Position numbers and translations under genes: made by a program
Assembly: GCA_008369845.1 (NCBI GenBank)
Contig: MRSU01003351.1
Span: 1-44,828 of the forward strand
Source of the DNA: Trichomonas gallinae
Taxonomy: Eukaryota
Direction of reading: 5' to 3'
Length of the DNA: 44,828 nt
Shown: positions 40,321-44,828 of the stretch, piece after piece
Numbering within the stretch: position 1 is the first letter of the stretch
How the letters are laid out: the number at the start of each line of letters is the position of its first letter
The notes under the pieces: generated by a model
Told to the model about the DNA's origin: nothing
Seen by the model: only the letters and a program-made list of their open reading frames with translations
Databases searched by the model: none

Positions 40321-40899
40321 TTACTGGACTCTGACAGCATTTGATTTTGATACAGCTTCCTGGATCTGTGGAGTAAGAGGAATTCCCATTTCATTGAAGA
40401 GCTGAGAATATTGTATGGCTGTCTCCTCTTCCATCATTCCATCATCATCCCAGAGATCATCTGTGAGTCCATCCATGACTTCTCCCTTCATGTCCATCAT
40501 TTCGTTCTCCATCATGAACTTCTGCATAATCATCTGCATCTGAGGAAGATTAACCATCCTATTCATGTGGGCCATGGCGACAGCTGCTCCCTTAAGAGCC
40601 ATCATGGAGCCATTCTGGGCCTTGATTAATGTGATTCTGAGTCCAAGAGAATCAAGGGAAGACTTTAATTTAAGGAATTTCTTGCATGCGTTGCGATTGC
40701 GGACCATATCTTTTGCGAGCATCATGAGTATATCGAGCTCACCCTTGTTTGCAGCCGCTTTCATCTCCTGCTTAAGTTTTGTTTCAGATCTTTGCAATCT
40801 TGTTCTTTCGCGCTCGATTTCTCTGCCCGCTTTCCTGAGCGAGAGCTTGAACTGCTTGAGTCTCTCATCTGGTGAAACCTTCTTGCTGAATAAAGGCAT
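40321..40899 (-). CDS. VPS2: ESCRT-III SNF7-family protein, Vps2/CHMP2-like
   Basis: 'LRKAGREIERER..LQRSE.KLKQEMKAAA.KG...LAKDMVR.R', 'AMAHMNRMVNLPQMQ.IMQKF' and an acidic C-terminus. Confidence 0.88.
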   Translation of the reverse strand: MPLFSKKVSPDERLKQFKLSLRKAGREIERERTRLQRSETKLKQEMKAAANKGELDILMMLAKDMVRNRNACKKFLKLKSSLDSLGLRITLIKAQNGSMMALKGAAVAMAHMNRMVNLPQMQMIMQKFMMENEMMDMKGEVMDGLTDDLWDDDGMMEEETAIQYSQLFNEMGIPLTPQIQEAVSKSNAVRVQ

Positions 40900-40906
40900 T
40901 ATCTAA

Positions 40907-40917
40907 AAATGAAGTGA
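40907..40917 (-). promoter_or_regulatory. Tandem initiator (Inr)-like motif TCACTTCATTT
   Basis: Minus-strand TCACTTCATTT ends 8 nt before ATG 40899 and is identical to the motif before the cyclase gene. Confidence 0.6.
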
Positions 40918-41813
40918 TAAATTTTGTGACGGTTTATCTCAATTTATTGTGAGTTAAATATAACGCTGATTTTACATCATAAAAACCTCATTTTTCAAAA
41001 TTTTGATAAAAAATCTATTTATGATCACCAATGTTTTATAATTTTCCGCTTTCGGTGAAAAATTTTTCATGAAATTTTTGTGAAGAAAGAAAAAAGACAG
41101 ATTTTATCATATTTTATGGGAGAATTTCATAAATTGCTTCGACAACTTAAACAATATAGGATGATGATGGTTATTCTCATTTGTTGCATAAAATGATTCG
41201 AAAACCAACCTTTTCAATCAATCAACCTATCAAATTTTATGGATAAAAAAGAAAATGCAGTAGTCTTGAAATATCGATTCAAGGATGGAAATGGCTTACC
41301 TTAGAAATATTTAATAACTCGAATTTTCAATGGAATGGCAACATCAATCATCATAAAACTAAAGTGGTCAATAAGCCCAAGAGTTGGAAAGACAACTATT
41401 TTCAAAAGAATTTAATCCAACAATATATTCTCTGCTTTGAACATGCTATCACAGTAAAACTAGCCATAACATCAGTGTACTACAACAATTCCAACTTTTA
41501 TTGTCATAATCAGCGATTATTTCATTGAAAATATTTGTAGATCTTGGTAAATAGCATATGAAGCACATTAAATTGCAAGAGTTAAAGTTATACCGCAGTC
41601 ATAACATCACATATTTCATATCCTCTGTATATTATCTATCGAAATAACTGTTTTAGTAGTTTTGTCGTGTAAAAATTTTATGTGTCCAATTTCGTTGTTT
41701 ACGCGTCAATATAAATTTTACTTGTCAAAAAGATAATAACTAAATAAATAATGAAAACTGTCCAGATAAGTAAGAACTGCTGATTTATTAGTACTTTTTT
41801 GAAAAAAGTGTCA

Positions 41814-42716
41814 ATGTCAACTATTCTTCTCAGCTATCTTGACGATTTATCGCTAGGTTACAATGTTGATGCATACGAAGAAGAAATTGCATCAAATCTT
41901 GACGATTATGCTCACAATGATATATTTTTAAGCCTCAAATATGAAAATATCGAAAGAATTGTTTCCAGACAAACACAACCAGTAAGTTTTCAAACAGCAA
42001 AAGCATTACTTACTACATGTGTTCAAAAATTTGGACTGCAATCCATAACATTACTTAAGTATTTAAGAGTTGAGCCAATTGATCACACAAACTCTGTTAT
42101 TTTACTCAAAATATTCTCGCAGTGTCCAATAATTAGTCATTTGAATTCCATTGAAATATCAGATGAAGAACTAGGAAATCCTTTCATGTCAGCTTTAATT
42201 TCAAACTCGAAGGAGAAGAATAATGACTTCGAAGATGATATGGAATTGACAGATGATATCTTTACAGCATGTCAAAAAGGCAACGTTCCGCGTGTTATTA
42301 AATGCATTGATGATGATCCAGAAATTATCAATACTCGTGACCTTTACATGCGAACACCTCTTCATGTTGCTGCATCAGCAAAGCAGTTCGGCGTTTGTAA
42401 AGTCTTAATTGAGAAAGGATCTGATGTTAATGCGCATTCGAACTGGGATTACACGGCTCTTCATTATGCAGCTATGAATGATTGTCCTGACATCGTTGAA
42501 CTGCTTTTAAATAATAATGCAAAAGCAGATGCAAAGACAGATCATGGATTAACGCCTTTAATCATTGCTGCAAGTGGAAAGAGTCTTAAAACGTGTGAGC
42601 TTTTTGTTGAGCATGGAGCTGATGTGAATGCTTCAGGAAATAATGGCCAGACTCCATTATCAGAAGCAACTGATGAAGATATTACTATGTATCTTCAAAG
42701 CAAAGGCGCATATTAG
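41814..42716 (+). CDS. Ankyrin repeat protein (300 aa)
   Basis: About five repeats, e.g. 'RTPLHVAA...VLIEKGSDVNA', 'TALHYAA' and 'TPLIIAA'. The first ATG is 41814 (the track starts at TTG 41799). Confidence 0.93.
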   Translation: MSTILLSYLDDLSLGYNVDAYEEEIASNLDDYAHNDIFLSLKYENIERIVSRQTQPVSFQTAKALLTTCVQKFGLQSITLLKYLRVEPIDHTNSVILLKIFSQCPIISHLNSIEISDEELGNPFMSALISNSKEKNNDFEDDMELTDDIFTACQKGNVPRVIKCIDDDPEIINTRDLYMRTPLHVAASAKQFGVCKVLIEKGSDVNAHSNWDYTALHYAAMNDCPDIVELLLNNNAKADAKTDHGLTPLIIAASGKSLKTCELFVEHGADVNASGNNGQTPLSEATDEDITMYLQSKGAY

Positions 42717-42930
42717 TTTTTATATATGTATGACCAGTTTATATTTTGTTTATTAAATAAAAAATTATCAATTTAAAAATTGATTAATAAACAGCGTTTA
42801 AACCGGTTTATTATGATAGATCTTAACTTGAATTTGGTTATATTTGGACCAAAGATGAATTTCTTTGTAAAATTAATTTCATAAAATTTTATAATTAATA
42901 TTTATCTATCAATAACATTATATTATCATA

Positions 42931-43836
42931 TTATGCGCTACGCTTGTAGATGATGACAACTCCAGGGATGTTTCCTGCAACCACAAGCATATCTCCTTCA
43001 GAAGTTGAATTTGCAACAGCCATATCGAAATCCAGTTGTAAGGACCATATTTCTTGACTAGTTTGTACATCCCAAGCAATAATTCTTTTATCTTCTGATG
43101 TTGCCCAAATTTCGCCTTGAGATTCTGGTTTTGGCTTCATGAATCCTGCATTAATTATGTATTTACTGTTAGATATACCTGTGAAATTCCTGAAAACTTT
43201 TCCAGATTTTATATCGATTAATTGGCCAACATTTGCGCATGAAAATGCGGCTACGTATTGACTGTTTGGTGCAAATAGAGATCTTGAAATTGCAGCGCCG
43301 TCCATTACATAAGTTCTGAGACAAATTAATGATATACTGTCCCAAACTCGAACAATTCCGTCAAATGACGATGTCATCAGCAGTGTTCCATCGTAATTGA
43401 AGGATACAGATGCAATTGGCTCAGTATGGGCTCCAATTTCGCTGATCGACTTTGAAGATCTTGGATCCCAGACTCTAAATGCAGTATCTTTGCCACCAGT
43501 AATAATCCTTGAGTTATCTGGTGATATTGCAACGCAGAAAACTTTAGATCGATGGCCAATTAATTTTCTCAAAACTTCTAAACTTGATGCATCTGTAATA
43601 ATTCCTATCTTATCATCACCAACAGTGACAATGAATTTGCTGTCTGATGACCAAACTCCATCGTTGATGCCTTTTGAATGAATTTTTGCTGAATTTAGTA
43701 TTTTTTGCTCTACAATGGACAAAATGTAGAGATATCCGGACGTCGTGCCGCATGCAATGTAATGCTTGCACGGAGAGATACTGACCCACGAAGGAACTCC
43801 AAGTTCAATCGCGAAATCTGCAGATTGACTCCACAT
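42931..43836 (-). CDS. WD40 repeat protein, WDR5/SWD3-like
   Basis: 'HSKGINDGVWSSDSKFIVT..DDK', 'GH...VFCV', 'AH.EP..SV.FN.DGTL..TSS.DG..RVWD....CLRT', 'F.PN.QY' and 'N.KY.I.A.F' follow the WDR5 pattern. The likely ATG is 43836 (Inr-like TCATA just upstream). An alternative ATG is at 43872. Confidence 0.85.
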   Translation of the reverse strand: MWSQSADFAIELGVPSWVSISPCKHYIACGTTSGYLYILSIVEQKILNSAKIHSKGINDGVWSSDSKFIVTVGDDKIGIITDASSLEVLRKLIGHRSKVFCVAISPDNSRIITGGKDTAFRVWDPRSSKSISEIGAHTEPIASVSFNYDGTLLMTSSFDGIVRVWDSISLICLRTYVMDGAAISRSLFAPNSQYVAAFSCANVGQLIDIKSGKVFRNFTGISNSKYIINAGFMKPKPESQGEIWATSEDKRIIAWDVQTSQEIWSLQLDFDMAVANSTSEGDMLVVAGNIPGVVIIYKRSA

Positions 43837-44117
43837 AAAATTATGATAATAAAAATAGAAAAACAAGCACATATATGGTCTATTTCATTGCTTTATGATA
43901 ATAAAATCAGCCAATTTTTTGAAAAAAAAAATTCAAATTAAGCTTATGGCCATGTTTTTGATGTCCATCATTCATTTTACTTCCAAATTTGTTTGTTAGT
44001 TATGGATAAATCACAAAAAAAAAAATTGAAAATTGAAAAAGGATTTTAATTCATAATTAAAAGCACTAAAATTCATATATCAAAAGAAAAGACATTCCCT
44101 TCTTCGGGAATATTGAT

Positions 44118-44828
44118 TTAATTATCGTCAAACTGGAATCCGTATTCGTCGTGAAGTGTAAGCTCAACATCATCGAAGTGTGATGCTGTGTTGATGTTGA
44201 TATCGTCGTCAAGTGAAATGCTCTCCTCGTCCTGGATGTCGTTCTTACTGCCTCCACCCGATTTCTTCACGACAATAATAACAACTACAATAATAATTAT
44301 GATGATGACAATAGCGACGCCAGCAATCATTCCGAAGAATGCGCCCTTATCCATGCCAGCGATTTTACCTTCATTCTGATTGGAGTTAGGATTTTTGGTG
44401 CTTGAGGTTGGTGCTGTTGGGGGTACCACTGGATTTTCGTTATCATATGTCTTCGTTTCTGTTGGAGGTACCACTGGTTCTTCTTTATCTCCTGTTGTTG
44501 TTGTGGTTGCTGTTTCATCTGTTGTTGTTGTAGTTGTAGTTGTCTCATCTGTTGTTGTTGTTGTAGTTGTCTCATCTGTTGTGGTTGTGGTTTCACCTGT
44601 TGTAGTAGTTGTAGTTGTTTCATCTGTGGTTGTTGTGGTTGTTGTTTCATCTGTTGTAGTAGTTGTAGTTGTCTCATCTGTTGTAGTAGTTGTAGTAGTT
44701 GTTGTTTCATCTGTTGTAGTAGTTGTAGTTGTCTCATCTGTGGTTGTTGTGGTTGTTTCATCTGTTGTAGTTGTAGTAGTTGTTTCATCTGTGGTTGTAG
44801 TGGTTGTCTCATCTGTTGTAGTAGTTGT
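44118..44828 (-). CDS. 3' part of a single-pass surface protein with mucin-like Thr-rich stalk (5' end outside window)
   Basis: The frame is open from the window edge. It encodes (T)nDE repeats, then PVVPPT x2, a TM segment 'GAFFGMIAGVAIVIIIIIIVVVIIVV' followed by KK, and an acidic cytoplasmic tail. Confidence 0.85.
   Translation of the reverse strand, partial: TTTTTDETTTTTTDETTTTTTTDETTTTTTDETTTTTTTDETTTTTTTTTDETTTTTTTDETTTTTTTDETTTTTTTGETTTTTDETTTTTTTDETTTTTTTTDETATTTTTGDKEEPVVPPTETKTYDNENPVVPPTAPTSSTKNPNSNQNEGKIAGMDKGAFFGMIAGVAIVIIIIIIVVVIIVVKKSGGGSKNDIQDEESISLDDDININTASHFDDVELTLHDEYGFQFDDN
44490..44828 (-). repeat. Coding minisatellite (T5-8-DE)n
   Basis: Repeated 'catctgt(t/g)gt...' units of 18-30 bp. 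Continues past the window end. Confidence 0.9.

Noticed and set aside
4238..40899. BEACH, Rab32-like and ESCRT-III genes as a functional lysosome-trafficking cluster
   Set aside because: The genes are interspersed with unrelated ones and belong to large families. There is no evidence of co-regulation.
44327..44812. Poly-Gln-like 161-aa ORF
   Set aside because: Alternate-frame reading of the ACA/ACT Thr repeats. The Thr frame is the one continuous with the TM domain.

Overview
Eukaryotic, AT-rich DNA with compact, almost intron-free genes. TCA(C/T)T initiator-like motifs before ATGs, a 26-nt parabasalid-type intron and the expanded gene families (BEACH, transmembrane cyclase, DUF3447/ankyrin, discoidin-like) point to Trichomonas vaginalis or a close parabasalid (inferred, not proven). 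There are about 17 likely intact protein genes: KRI1-like, coiled-coil repeat protein, BEACH protein, two ankyrin proteins, a probable KNL1/Spc105 kinetochore protein, a small orphan, a PAS-containing membrane cyclase, a Cys-rich discoidin-like secreted protein, a CARMIL-like LRR protein, centrin, a 2514-aa acidic repeat protein, a Rab32-type GTPase, Vps2/CHMP2, a WDR5-like WD40 protein and a partial Thr-rich surface protein, plus several decayed gene relics. No prokaryotic system, CRISPR array, rRNA or tRNA is evident. Best leads: (1) an ankyrin gene whose 3' repeats are interrupted at repeat boundaries by GT-starting arrays with a ~20-nt period and no canonical 3' splice motif; (2) a hidden 26-nt intron that restores the LRR gene's start; (3) a compact, divergent KNL1; (4) a giant CFAP97-like protein with seven AKAP-like amphipathic helices. 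All family calls come from motif recognition by eye, not from database searches.
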